Assembly: GCA_947259765.1 (NCBI GenBank) | Contig: CAMYNG010000006.1 | Span: 2,880 to 66,879, forward strand | Direction: 5' to 3' | From: an uncultured Ectothiorhodospiraceae bacterium | GTDB lineage: Bacteria > Pseudomonadota > Gammaproteobacteria > CAMYNG01 | Length of the DNA: 64,000 bases | Shown: piece after piece, positions 9,901-19,727 of the stretch | Layout of the letters: every line of letters begins with the position of its first letter | Position numbering within the stretch: position 1 is the stretch's first letter | Notes under the pieces: model-generated | What the model saw: the letters and a program-made list of their open reading frames with translations, nothing else | What the model was told of the DNA's origin: nothing | Database searches by the model: none | Program-made: the position numbers and the translations under genes

Positions 9901-12516
9901 ATGCAACGCATTCTGCTCATCGAGCCTTCGGCCACCCTGCGCCACGCCGTTGACCGGCATTTACGTAACAGCGGCTACAGCCTGGATATCGAGTCCGATT
10001 TTGGCGCGGGTATGGCGCGCCTTGTCAACGAACCTGAATTCACCTATGCCGCCGTAGTTCTCGGCTGGCCGAGCCAGACCCACTCCGCAAGTGACGAACT
10101 ACTGGCTAACCTGACTGAACCACCCTATACCGATCTCGCCGTGATCGTGATGGCCCATGACGGCGATTCGTCAAAGCTGGCCTGGGTCGGGGGCCGGCCG
10201 CACACTGCGTTTGTAATGTGGGACAACTTTCAGGAGATCGAGCACTCGCTGGATCGTCTGCTCGCGTTGGACCCGGTACACGGCGCCGGCATAGATTTCA
10301 TCACCGACGCGCCCATCAGCGTGCTGCTGGTGGACGACTCGCCCACCGCTCGGGTGAAATTTCGCCGCTTGCTCGACAGTGCGGGTTACACGACTGAAAC
10401 CGTATCCTGTCCCGAAGAGGCGCTGGCGGTGGCGCAGTCGAAGACATTCGATATTGCCATAATCGATTACTTCATGCCCAACATGACTGGCGACCAGTTG
10501 TGTCGAAAGTTGAATGAGTCGCCGCATACTGCGTCCATAATGAGTGCAATCCTGACCAGCACCTATTCGGACAAGGTCATCAGCGGTTCTCTTGCGGCCG
10601 GTGCCGTTGAATGCATGTTCAAAAACGAATCCGACGATTTGTTCCTCACGCGCGTGTCGGCCATGAGCCGCTCGGTGCAGTTCACCCGACGTATCGAGAC
10701 GGAGCGCCAACGCCTTGATGGCATCCTGTCTTCGGTTGGCGACGGTGTCTACGGCATTAATCAGGAATGCGTCATCACCTTTGTCAATCCGGCGGCATTA
10801 CGTATTTTGGGTTTTCGTAACGCAGAAGACGTGCTGGGCAAGAAGCCGGATGAGTTGTTTCATAAATCGTTCTCGCACCATCCGTCACAGGAAATGGATG
10901 CAAGCTATCTCTACAAATGCATTCGCAAGGGAGAGAACATGCATTCGGTAGAGTCCACGTTCTACCGCGCCGATGAAAAATTGATCCAGGTAGAACTAAC
11001 GGTCTATCCGTTGCGTATCGAAGGCCATCAGGAAGGCGCGGTCGTCGCGTTTCGTGATATCACCGAGCGCAAACTTCTGGAAGAGGAACTCAAATGGCAG
11101 GTCAATCACGATTCACTGACCAAGCTTCTCAACCGCAAGTTCTTTGAAGATGCCCTGGACCAGGAGGTTCGCCGCCTGAAACGCTCGGACGAACACAGTG
11201 CGCTTATTTATCTTGATCTGGATCGATTCAAGTATGTAAATGACACGGCAGGCCACGCGGTCGGCGACCAGATGCTAATCGAGGTAGGACATCTGTTGCG
11301 CTCGCGCCTGCGGCAAGCGGATCTGCTTGCGCGTTTAGGTGGCGATGAATTTGCAATCATTTTGCGCAACGTCAAGGGCAAAGACCCGCAGGTCTGCGCC
11401 GACGAGTTCCGTGCGCAATTGAGCGGCTTTGATTTCGTGCAAAACAACCGGGTGTATAAAATCGGTGCAAGTGTCGGTGTCGTTCTCATGGACAAGAACA
11501 CGCTGTCACCGGGCGAGGCACTGGCCAACGCGGACATCGCCTGTCATCTTGCCAAACAATCCGGTCGCAACCAGACTCATCTTTATGCCGCCGACACGGA
11601 CGACAAAACGGCAATGGACATGGAGCTGGGCTGGTCAACACGTCTGCGCAACGCGCTGGAACACAATGCCTTCGCGCTGCACTACCAGCCCATATTGCCG
11701 TTGGCCGCCATTGAACCTGAAAGCCTCAATGAGGAAAATCCCGCCATATGGGCTGACATGGTTAACAAAGGTATCCCACGGGACACGCTTTACGAGGTGT
11801 TATTGCGGCTCCCCGACAGTCAGAAAAAACCCATCGCACCCGGTGCATTCCTGCCGACTGCGGAGCGCTTTAACCTGATGCCCGAGATCGACTACTGGGT
11901 GGTGGAGAATGCGCTGGCCTATCAGGCGCGCTTGCATAACGCAGGCATCCACGCCGGCCTGTCAGTCAACCTGTCTGCACAGAGCCTGGATAGTGACAAC
12001 ATAATTAAGTTGGTAAAAGAGGGTCTTAAAAATTACCAACTCGATCCCTCTACCCTGGTGTTTGAAATTACCGAGACCAGCGCGATTTACAATATCGAAT
12101 CGGCGCAACGGGTTATCGGCGAACTCAGTCAGCACGGCTGTCGCTTCGCATTGGATGATTTTGGTAGCGGTTACTGTTCGTTTTCACATTTGAAGAACCT
12201 GCCGGTCGAAATCATCAAGATCGACGGCATGTTTATCGCCGACCTGGTAAACGACCCCATGGACATGGCCATCATTCGTTCCATTAACGATATCGCGCAT
12301 TCGCTGGGCAAGAAAACAGTCGCGGAATGTGTAGAAAACGCGGCTGCACTGCGTTTGCTACAGGAGTGCGGCGTTGATTATGTGCAAGGCTATTACATCT
12401 CCCGTCCGTTGGACCTGGTACCAAAATCGGAAGCAGAGGTCCGGCAGGATCCCTTTGCCAGTGGCCTGATGTCGCTGGACCAGGACTTCTTCAAGAATCC
12501 GCCTTTTTCGGCCTGA
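9901..12516 (+). CDS. Pseudo-REC/REC-PAS-GGDEF-EAL c-di-GMP signalling protein
   Basis: ILLIEPS (degenerate receiver); VLLVDDS...IIDYFMP (intact receiver); PAS; RQAD I-site plus RLGGDEF; YEVLLRL, DDFGSG, IKID. Confidence 0.93.
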   Translation: MQRILLIEPSATLRHAVDRHLRNSGYSLDIESDFGAGMARLVNEPEFTYAAVVLGWPSQTHSASDELLANLTEPPYTDLAVIVMAHDGDSSKLAWVGGRPHTAFVMWDNFQEIEHSLDRLLALDPVHGAGIDFITDAPISVLLVDDSPTARVKFRRLLDSAGYTTETVSCPEEALAVAQSKTFDIAIIDYFMPNMTGDQLCRKLNESPHTASIMSAILTSTYSDKVISGSLAAGAVECMFKNESDDLFLTRVSAMSRSVQFTRRIETERQRLDGILSSVGDGVYGINQECVITFVNPAALRILGFRNAEDVLGKKPDELFHKSFSHHPSQEMDASYLYKCIRKGENMHSVESTFYRADEKLIQVELTVYPLRIEGHQEGAVVAFRDITERKLLEEELKWQVNHDSLTKLLNRKFFEDALDQEVRRLKRSDEHSALIYLDLDRFKYVNDTAGHAVGDQMLIEVGHLLRSRLRQADLLARLGGDEFAIILRNVKGKDPQVCADEFRAQLSGFDFVQNNRVYKIGASVGVVLMDKNTLSPGEALANADIACHLAKQSGRNQTHLYAADTDDKTAMDMELGWSTRLRNALEHNAFALHYQPILPLAAIEPESLNEENPAIWADMVNKGIPRDTLYEVLLRLPDSQKKPIAPGAFLPTAERFNLMPEIDYWVVENALAYQARLHNAGIHAGLSVNLSAQSLDSDNIIKLVKEGLKNYQLDPSTLVFEITETSAIYNIESAQRVIGELSQHGCRFALDDFGSGYCSFSHLKNLPVEIIKIDGMFIADLVNDPMDMAIIRSINDIAHSLGKKTVAECVENAAALRLLQECGVDYVQGYYISRPLDLVPKSEAEVRQDPFASGLMSLDQDFFKNPPFSA

Positions 12517-12605
12517 CTACAGCGATTGCCGGCCACGTCTTTTCAAGATAGCAGGGGCTCTTGAGCGCCCTTTATTTTCCTATCGACCAAAAGGGCCTGG
12601 ATGTA

Positions 12606-12852
12606 GGCAAGGTCACCAGACCCCCACGGCGAAACACGCCGTGAATACTTTCTTTGCTACGCATCCAGCTCCACAAAGAAAGTCCAGGGCGTACGTCCAT
12701 GTACGCCCGTTCATTTCGGGGCCACCGAAACTCACCCCTGTAGGCTTCACGGCAGCATCCCTCGGCAACTGCGTCCTGCGTTGCTCTACCTCCTGCATCC
12801 CTGCAGTCGTGCTGCCGAAAGAGTCTCGCCATGGGGGCCTGGTGACCTTGCC
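12606..12852. mobile_element. Composite MITE/REP-like element with ~30 bp terminal inverted repeats and an internal 48-nt insert
   Basis: Left end ggcaaggtcaccagacccccacggcgaaac vs reverse complement of right end ggcaaggtcaccaggcccccatggcgagac (3 mismatches); internal hairpins at 12687-12708 and 12750-12817. Confidence 0.75.
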
Positions 12853-13020
12853 GCTGGAATTTAACAGGGCTCCGGCTTCCCACCGGCTCTTCGAAAAGCA
12901 ATATAAACAACAAGTTACTAGCCCTCAAGGTGTCTCGGTGTAATGCTTACTCCATACCCTGTTGCCTTTGTGGCGTTGGTGTAAAATGCCCTCCCTTGCG
13001 AATAAACCGGGAGCGGGTTT

Positions 13021-13566
13021 TTGGAACAATATCGTGGTACTACCGTGGTCTCTGTCCGGCGTGGCAACCACGTGGTTATAGGTGGAGACGGCCAGGTCAC
13101 CCTGGGTGACACTATAATGAAGGGAAATGCGCGTAAGGTGCGCCGCCTGTATCACGACCAGGTGATTGCCGGTTTCGCCGGTGGCACGGCTGATGCCTTT
13201 ACCCTGTTTGAGCGCTTTGAGGGCCAACTGGAAAAACATTCCGGTAACCTGGTACGCGCCGCCGTTGAACTCGCCAAAGACTGGCGTACCGATCGCATGT
13301 TGCGCCGTTTGGAGGCATTGCTTGCCGTTGCGGATCAACAAAGTTCCCTGATTATTTCCGGTAACGGCGATGTCATCGAACCGGAAGGCGGACTTATCGC
13401 CATCGGTTCCGGTGGCCCCTACGCACAGTCTGCCGCCCGGGTATTACTCGAAAATACCGAGCTGGATGCACGCAGCGTGGCCGAGAAAGCACTGTCAATG
13501 GCCGCTGATATTTGTATCTACACCAATCACAATCTCGTGTTTGAAGAACTGACCACCCAGGAATGA
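13021..13566 (+). CDS. hslV: ATP-dependent protease subunit HslV
   Basis: [10 protein letters not shown]-terminal Thr nucleophile, [21 protein letters not shown]; TTG start. Confidence 0.98.
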   Translation: MEQYRGTTVVSVRRGNHVVIGGDGQVTLGDTIMKGNARKVRRLYHDQVIAGFAGGTADAFTLFERFEGQLEKHSGNLVRAAVELAKDWRTDRMLRRLEALLAVADQQSSLIISGNGDVIEPEGGLIAIGSGGPYAQSAARVLLENTELDARSVAEKALSMAADICIYTNHNLVFEELTTQE

Positions 13567-13573
13567 ATTACTG

Positions 13574-14920
13574 ATGACCCGCATGACGCCCCGTGAAATC
13601 GTTCACGAACTGGACAAGCACATCATCGGCCAGGATGCCGCCAAACGCGCCGTGGCTATTGCCTTGCGTAATCGCTGGCGACGTAGCTGTGTTGATGAAG
13701 AGCTGCGAAATGAAATCACACCGAAGAATATTTTGATGATTGGACCTACCGGCGTGGGCAAGACCGAAATCGCCCGGCGCCTGGCTCGACTTGCCGACGC
13801 ACCCTTTATAAAGGTAGAGGCGACAAAGTTCACCGAGGTCGGTTATGTGGGCCGTGACGTGGAGTCCATCATTCGCGATCTGGTAGACGTGTCCATAAAA
13901 ATGACACGCGAAAAAGCGATGGAGAAAGTGCGTCACCGCGCTTTGGATGCTGCCGAAGAGCGCGTGCTGGATATCCTGATTCCGCGCGCACGTACTTTCA
14001 GTTTCGGTACCGACGATGAAGCCGAGGAAGAAGAGGAAGACAACAGCGGCACGCGACAGAAATTCCGCAAGAAGCTGCGCGAAGGTGAGCTCGACGATAA
14101 AGAAATCGAAGTTGAACTGGCGGCGCCCAATGTTGGCGTGGAAATTATGGCACCGCCGGGCATGGAGGACATGACCAACCAGTTGCAAAGCATGTTCCAG
14201 AATATGTCGGGCGGTAAGAAACAAACCCGCAAGTTACCAATCCGCGAGGCCATGAAACAGCTTACCGACGAGGAAGCCGCCCGCCTGATCAACGATGACG
14301 AGACCAAATCACGTGCTGTCGAGAACGTTGAGCAACACGGCATTGTATTTCTCGACGAAATGGACAAGATCAGCAAGCGCGGTGAAAGCTCCGGACCCGA
14401 TGTGTCCCGTGAGGGCGTGCAACGCGATCTGCTACCGCTGGTGGAAGGCTCAACAGTGAGCACCAAGTTCGGCATGGTTAAAACCGATCATATTCTGTTT
14501 ATTGCTTCGGGGGCGTTTCATGTCGCCAAACCGTCTGATTTGATCCCGGAATTACAGGGCCGTTTTCCCATCCGCGTTGAGCTCGGTCCACTCGGCGCAG
14601 AAGAGTTCGTGCGTATTCTCACCGAACCCGACGCCTCGTTAACCGAGCAGTACCGCGCCCTACTGAATACAGAAAACGTCGAATTAAAGTTTACCGAAGA
14701 TGGCATCCGGCGAATTGCAGAAGTTGCCTGGCAGGTGAACGAGCGCACCGAGAATATTGGTGCCCGCCGCTTGCACACGGTACTTGAGCGCCTGCTTGAA
14801 GAGATTTCCTACTCGGCTGCAGACAGCGACGGTGAGACCCTTACGATTGATACGGATTACGTAAATAAACAGCTGGAAAACCTCGTCGAGGACGAGGACT
14901 TAAGCCGTTATATTTTGTAG
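13574..14920 (+). CDS. hslU: ATP-dependent protease ATPase subunit HslU
   Basis: [40 protein letters not shown]-terminus. Confidence 0.98.
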   Translation: MTRMTPREIVHELDKHIIGQDAAKRAVAIALRNRWRRSCVDEELRNEITPKNILMIGPTGVGKTEIARRLARLADAPFIKVEATKFTEVGYVGRDVESIIRDLVDVSIKMTREKAMEKVRHRALDAAEERVLDILIPRARTFSFGTDDEAEEEEEDNSGTRQKFRKKLREGELDDKEIEVELAAPNVGVEIMAPPGMEDMTNQLQSMFQNMSGGKKQTRKLPIREAMKQLTDEEAARLINDDETKSRAVENVEQHGIVFLDEMDKISKRGESSGPDVSREGVQRDLLPLVEGSTVSTKFGMVKTDHILFIASGAFHVAKPSDLIPELQGRFPIRVELGPLGAEEFVRILTEPDASLTEQYRALLNTENVELKFTEDGIRRIAEVAWQVNERTENIGARRLHTVLERLLEEISYSAADSDGETLTIDTDYVNKQLENLVEDEDLSRYIL

Positions 14921-15056
14921 GAGATAGGTTCGAGATCGTGGCGGTTTAAGCCGGTAAATACGCTGTATTTTCAAAACATGCTTTGCCGGTCTGCGCCGAA
15001 CCCTGTAACTTACACACGTTAAAATAATTAACCTACCCGGATAATGATATTCAGCC

Positions 15057-15419
15057 ATGTCAGATACACCCAAACCAACAGAAATTAATCTTCACCAGCA
15101 ATCACGCGTCCTTGAAATTGCCTTTGATGACGGCGGTCACTTTAACTTGCCGTGCGAGTTTCTGCGTGTTTATTCACCGTCAGCGGAAGTGCAGGGCCAT
15201 GGTCCCGGTCAGGGTGTTTTGCAAGTCGGCAAGGAAGATGTCAACATCGAGAAAATCGAACAAGTCGGCAACTACGCCCTGCAGTTCTATTTTGATGACA
15301 ACCACAACACCGGCATCTATTCCTACGAGACCCTGTACAAATTTGGCAAGAACTATGACGAGTTATGGCAGGATTATCTGCAGCGCCTTAAAGAAGCGGG
15401 TCACGAACACAAGGGCTAG
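15057..15419 (+). CDS. DUF971 / gamma-butyrobetaine hydroxylase N-terminal-like protein
   Basis: EFLRVYSPSAEVQGHG, VGNYA, FDDNHNTGIYS; usual position between hslU and ubiE. Confidence 0.9.
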   Translation: MSDTPKPTEINLHQQSRVLEIAFDDGGHFNLPCEFLRVYSPSAEVQGHGPGQGVLQVGKEDVNIEKIEQVGNYALQFYFDDNHNTGIYSYETLYKFGKNYDELWQDYLQRLKEAGHEHKG

Positions 15420-15540
15420 AAGCGCCCCGAACGCCAATTTAATTGAGCACTGTTGAAATACTTTCATGTTTCGTTTGTGGACAGCAATACGGCTGTTTGG
15501 TAGTGATTAAATTTTTAAGTAGCACGACCTTGAGAAAATC

Positions 15541-16287
15541 ATGAGCGACAAGACGACACATTTCGGTTATCAGGAAGTCCCGTTTACCGACAAGGTGAAA
15601 CACGTTGCCGACGTGTTTCATTCGGTTGCCGGTAAATACGACCTCATGAACGATCTGATGTCGTTGGGCGTTCATCGCCTGTGGAAACGTTACACCCTTG
15701 AGTTATGTGGCGTACGCCCCGGCCAGAAGGTTTTGGATCTCGCCGGTGGTACTGGCGATCTCGCGGCGGCCTTCGCACCATTGGTCGGCCCTGGGGGCGA
15801 AGTGGTGCTGGCCGATATCAACGAATCCATGATCAAGGTAGGCCGGGAACGCCTGGTCGACAAAGGCATTGTTGGCAACGTCGCCTACGTACAAGCCAAT
15901 GCCGAAGAACTGCCGTTTCCCGACAACCATTTCGACCGCGTAACTATCGCCTTTGGTTTGCGCAACGTGACAGACAAGGACCGGGCACTACGTTCCATTT
16001 TTCGCGTTTTAAAACCCGGTGGCGCACTATTGGTACTGGAATTTTCAAAGCCAACGGATAACACCATACGCCAACTGTACGACAAGTACTCGTTTCATAT
16101 CCTGCCACGGCTTGGCAAATTGATTACCAATGATGCTGAAAGCTATCGTTACCTGGCCGAGTCCATTCGCATGCATCCGGATCAGGACACCTTGCTCGGT
16201 ATGCTGGAAAGCGCGGGCTACGAGAAGTGTGAGTACTTTAATCTGTCGACCGGGATCGTCGCCTTGCATCGTGGGTACAAGTTCTAA
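15541..16287 (+). CDS. ubiE: Ubiquinone/menaquinone biosynthesis C-methyltransferase
   Basis: [52 protein letters not shown]. Confidence 0.98.
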   Translation: MSDKTTHFGYQEVPFTDKVKHVADVFHSVAGKYDLMNDLMSLGVHRLWKRYTLELCGVRPGQKVLDLAGGTGDLAAAFAPLVGPGGEVVLADINESMIKVGRERLVDKGIVGNVAYVQANAEELPFPDNHFDRVTIAFGLRNVTDKDRALRSIFRVLKPGGALLVLEFSKPTDNTIRQLYDKYSFHILPRLGKLITNDAESYRYLAESIRMHPDQDTLLGMLESAGYEKCEYFNLSTGIVALHRGYKF

Positions 16288-16784
16288 TGCGGTCCGCCCC
16301 CGTTAAACGGGCGGCGTTTCTTGGCCGGCGGTTGCTGGCGGTGGTGCTTGACAGCCTGCTTTACTCAGCCGCCCTGTTTCCTGTCATGTATGCGGTATTT
16401 GGCGCCGACTACTTCAATTCCCAAAGGCTATCATCACTTTCTCCGTTCTCGCTTGACGGCCTGATACTCATTGCCTTTGATGATCTCATACCGGCTCTGC
16501 TGCTGGTATTTTGCTGGTTTCGCTGGGGCGCAACGCCCGGTAAATTTCTTATGGGCCTGCGCGTGATTGATGCTAACAGCGGTGGTCCCATTAGCCTGGG
16601 CCAGAGCGTGGCCCGCTTGTTCGGCTACATAGTCAGCATGCTGGCATTGTTTCTGGGATTTGCCTGGGCAATTTGGGACAAACGCTGCCGTGGCTGGCAT
16701 GACTACATCGCACGGACACTAGTAGTGGACGAAGCAGGTTATGAGTCTCTCTCACTGAAACAACTTGTCGAGGGTGAACGATGA
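16287..16784 (+). CDS. RDD family membrane protein
   Basis: RRLLAVVLD, GATPGKFLMGLRV, RGWHDYIARTLVV; overlaps the ubiE stop and the ubiJ start. Confidence 0.88.
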   Translation: MRSAPVKRAAFLGRRLLAVVLDSLLYSAALFPVMYAVFGADYFNSQRLSSLSPFSLDGLILIAFDDLIPALLLVFCWFRWGATPGKFLMGLRVIDANSGGPISLGQSVARLFGYIVSMLALFLGFAWAIWDKRCRGWHDYIARTLVVDEAGYESLSLKQLVEGER

Positions 16785-17428
16785 CGCAAAACACCTCACG
16801 CGATCACCTGCTCCCGGAATTGGACAGTGCCTTTTCGGCGGCGGTTGAGACTGCGCTGAATGCTTGGCTGCGAATGGATCCTGAGGGAACCGGTCGTCTG
16901 ACACCGTTTGTCGACAAGGTGATCGCACTGGAACTCCGCGGCACGGGGCGCACCCTTTTTATGCTGCCGTGGGCAGGCGGGATTCGCGTTCACAGCCACT
17001 TTGATGCGGAGGCGGACACCGTGATTTCCGGCACGCCGCTGGGATTGCTGAAAATGCGCCTGAATCCACAGGATCAACGCGATGTGCTGGCCGGTGAAAT
17101 CACCATCGCCGGGGATGTCGAGCTGGGACAGAAGTTCAGCGCCATGCTCGAGGCCGTCGATCCTGACTGGGAAGAGCAAGTCGCCGGGCTTACCGGCGAT
17201 GTGACCGCGCACCGGCTGGGCAGCCTCGTGCGCGGCTTAACCGGGTGGGCACGTGACGCAGCAACGGTTCTGGTGGAAAACGCCGCGGACTACCTGCAAC
17301 AGGAGAGCCAATGGTCGCCGCCGGCAGAAACGGTCGATCCGTTTTTGAATAAAGTGGATGCCTTACGCGCAGATATCGATAGATTGGATGCCCGTATTAA
17401 ACGCCTACAGGAAACAATCACGCCCTAG
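16781..17428 (+). CDS. ubiJ: Ubiquinone biosynthesis accessory factor (SCP2 domain)
   Basis: IAGDVELGQ, PDWEEQVAGLTGDV.AH, LRADIDRLDARI; position after ubiE. Confidence 0.9.
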   Translation: MTQNTSRDHLLPELDSAFSAAVETALNAWLRMDPEGTGRLTPFVDKVIALELRGTGRTLFMLPWAGGIRVHSHFDAEADTVISGTPLGLLKMRLNPQDQRDVLAGEITIAGDVELGQKFSAMLEAVDPDWEEQVAGLTGDVTAHRLGSLVRGLTGWARDAATVLVENAADYLQQESQWSPPAETVDPFLNKVDALRADIDRLDARIKRLQETITP

Positions 17429-17574
17429 ATTACCACGCCGTTTGAGTACGCTCACAAAGGTGCAGACATGCAAATCCACCGGTGATGGAGTATGCTACGG
17501 CTCCCGATTTGAAACTCAAATTACAAGTTTCCAGTTCAATGCTCCCGATCTGAACGTGAAATTGCAGAATGCCA

Positions 17575-17937
17575 ATGAGTACAATTCCTGACTTTTCCGA
17601 TGAAGAATTCAACGTCGTGCGCGATACGGTTAAAGAGCGCTTCCGCCAGGACGTGCCGATTGAACCTGTCGATACAGAGTTACGTTTGTACAAGGACGAC
17701 CGTGAGCTCACCGAATGTCCGGCACTCTATTGGCAGGTGGGAGAATGCCACTTCCTGTTAGCAAAAATGGGCGACAGCGTCTTTCATTGCCAGTTTTTCT
17801 ACAGTGTGCGCGATCAATACGGTACCGGTATCGATCGCTTCGATGACATCCTCAACGCGGTCACCACACTTTTGCAGGTCCAGGCCGATCACGAGTCACA
17901 ACGGCAGGATGAACCAAATAGCCAACCATCAGAATAA
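17575..17937 (+). CDS. Conserved hypothetical protein
   Basis: Clean ORF with protein-like composition (CPALYW, CQFFYS, QYGTG, LLQVQAD); no function recognised. Confidence 0.7.
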   Translation: MSTIPDFSDEEFNVVRDTVKERFRQDVPIEPVDTELRLYKDDRELTECPALYWQVGECHFLLAKMGDSVFHCQFFYSVRDQYGTGIDRFDDILNAVTTLLQVQADHESQRQDEPNSQPSE

Positions 17938-18011
17938 ATCGTCTCGCCACGGAACCGGATTCAACTCTTAAATACACTATTCAAAAAAAACCAAATGGAG
18001 GTCTTTTAATA

Positions 18012-19301
18012 ATGGCAGCGAAGAAAAAAACCGCGAAACCGGCGCCAAAGAATGCATTCTATGCACAATCGGGGGGTGTGACGGCCGTGATCAACGCCAG
18101 TGCCTGTGGCGTTATCGAAACCGCCCGTAAACACAAGAACAAGATCGGCAAGGTCTACGCCGGACGCAATGGCATCATCGGTGCACTCACCGAAGACTTG
18201 ATCGATACGAGCAAGGAGTCCGCGGCTTCCATTCGCGCGCTGCGTCATACTCCGTCAGGTGCATTTGGTTCGTGCCGCTACAAACTCAAAAGCCTTGAAC
18301 AGAACCGCCGCGAATACGAGCGCCTGATCGAGGTCTTCGAGGCGCACAACATTGGCTACTTTTTCTATAACGGCGGTGGCGATTCCGCGGATACCTGCCA
18401 CAAGGTGTCGCAACTTTCCGAACAAACGGGTTACCCCATTCAGGCCATCCACGTCCCCAAGACCGTGGACAACGATCTGCCCATCACCGACAACTGTCCC
18501 GGTTTCGGCTCAGTGGCCAAGTACATCGCCGTATCCACGCGCGAGGCAAGCTTCGACGTCGCCTCCATGGCAAAAACGTCCACCAAGGTATTCGTATTGG
18601 AAGTCATGGGCCGTCACGCGGGTTGGATAGCGGCCGCAGGTGGCCTGGCTTCGGATAAGGACACGCCTATTCCCATCCTCATCCTGTTCCCTGAAGTGGA
18701 ATTCGATCAGGCCAAGTTCCTCAAAAAGGTCGACGAGAATGTGAAGAAATTTGGTTACTGTACCGTGGTTGTTTCCGAAGGCACCCACTGGCCGGATGGC
18801 CGCTTCCTGGCCGAGACCGGTTTAAAGGATGCGTTTGGTCACAGCCAGTTGGGCGGCGCGGCACCGGTCGTCGCCAACATGATTCAGAGCGAGCTGGGAC
18901 ACAAGTATCACTGGGGCGTGGCGGATTACATGCAGCGCGCTGCGCGTCACATTGCATCCAAGACCGACGTTGACCAGGCCTATGCCATGGGTAAGGCGGC
19001 GGTACAGTTTGCGCTTAAGGGCGAGAACGCCATCATGCCGACCATCGATCGCAAATCCACCAAACCCTACAAATGGGCCGTGGGTAAGGCGCCGCTGTCC
19101 AAAGTCGCCAACGTTGAAAAGATGATGCCCAACAACTTCATTACCAAGGATGGCTTTGGTATCACGCAGGCGTGTCGCAACTACCTGACGCCGTTAATCA
19201 AAGGCGAAGACTATCCACCCTATAAGGACGGCCTGCCCAAGTACGTTCGGCTGAAGAACGTCGCCGTACCGAAAAAGCTGAAAAAGAAGTTTGAAGTCTA
19301 G
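18012..19301 (+). CDS. pfp: 6-phosphofructokinase, probably PPi-dependent
   Basis: QSGG, GGGDS (Asp at the phosphoryl-donor position), PKTVDND, MGRHAGW. Confidence 0.9.
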   Translation: MAAKKKTAKPAPKNAFYAQSGGVTAVINASACGVIETARKHKNKIGKVYAGRNGIIGALTEDLIDTSKESAASIRALRHTPSGAFGSCRYKLKSLEQNRREYERLIEVFEAHNIGYFFYNGGGDSADTCHKVSQLSEQTGYPIQAIHVPKTVDNDLPITDNCPGFGSVAKYIAVSTREASFDVASMAKTSTKVFVLEVMGRHAGWIAAAGGLASDKDTPIPILILFPEVEFDQAKFLKKVDENVKKFGYCTVVVSEGTHWPDGRFLAETGLKDAFGHSQLGGAAPVVANMIQSELGHKYHWGVADYMQRAARHIASKTDVDQAYAMGKAAVQFALKGENAIMPTIDRKSTKPYKWAVGKAPLSKVANVEKMMPNNFITKDGFGITQACRNYLTPLIKGEDYPPYKDGLPKYVRLKNVAVPKKLKKKFEV

Positions 19302-19326
19302 GGAACTTCTGACTAATTGCTTTCTC

Positions 19327-19396
19327 GTCACTCCGGCGAAAGCCGGAGTCCAGCAGAATGAGATCGCTTCTGGATTCTGGCTTTCGCCAGAATGAC
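19327..19396. repeat. REP/RPE-like doublet palindrome
   Basis: gtcactccggcgaaagccggagtccag ... ctggattctggctttcgccagaatgac; related copies at 21233, 31279, 53042 and 53211. Confidence 0.85.
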
Positions 19397-19419
19397 GTGT
19401 TCAGCGCTTACCCGGATGA

Positions 19420-19450
19420 CAAAAGGGCGGTTTAAAAACCGTCCTTTTTG
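19420..19450 (+). terminator. Rho-independent terminator after pfp
   Basis: aaaagggcggttt-aa-aaaccgtcctttttg stem followed by a T tract. Confidence 0.7.
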
Positions 19451-19498
19451 TTCCACCGTCCGGTGCAACGAAAACCGGGACAAAGCCAAGTCAATACA

Positions 19499-19693
19499 AT
19501 GACTCTCGAAAGAGCACGCGAACTTCTTCAACACCAGGTCGATTTCGGCAGCGGTTACAACCGCAATGCCGCGAAACTCATTCTGCACGAAATCCAGAAA
19601 GACCACGGCCAGGCAGGTGTGGATCAACTCATCCGCGATCTGGATTTGGAAACAGTTTTTGGCTTTAAGCCGGGCAAGAAAATTACTGTTTGA
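19499..19693 (+). CDS. Small hypothetical protein (64 aa)
   Basis: MTLERARELLQHQVDFGSGYNRNAAKLIL...; helical, protein-like sequence. Confidence 0.65.
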   Translation: MTLERARELLQHQVDFGSGYNRNAAKLILHEIQKDHGQAGVDQLIRDLDLETVFGFKPGKKITV

Positions 19694-19727
19694 ACTGCTA
19701 CCGGCAACGCCTGTGCTTACGTGGCGA

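Noticed and set aside
12572-12943. ORFs of 118, 100 and 61 aa upstream of hslV
   Set aside because: They lie over the composite palindromic element and are likely spurious
12900-13020. Sigma-32 promoter expected for hslVU
   Set aside because: No convincing CTTGAA-N13/14-CCCCAT match was seen
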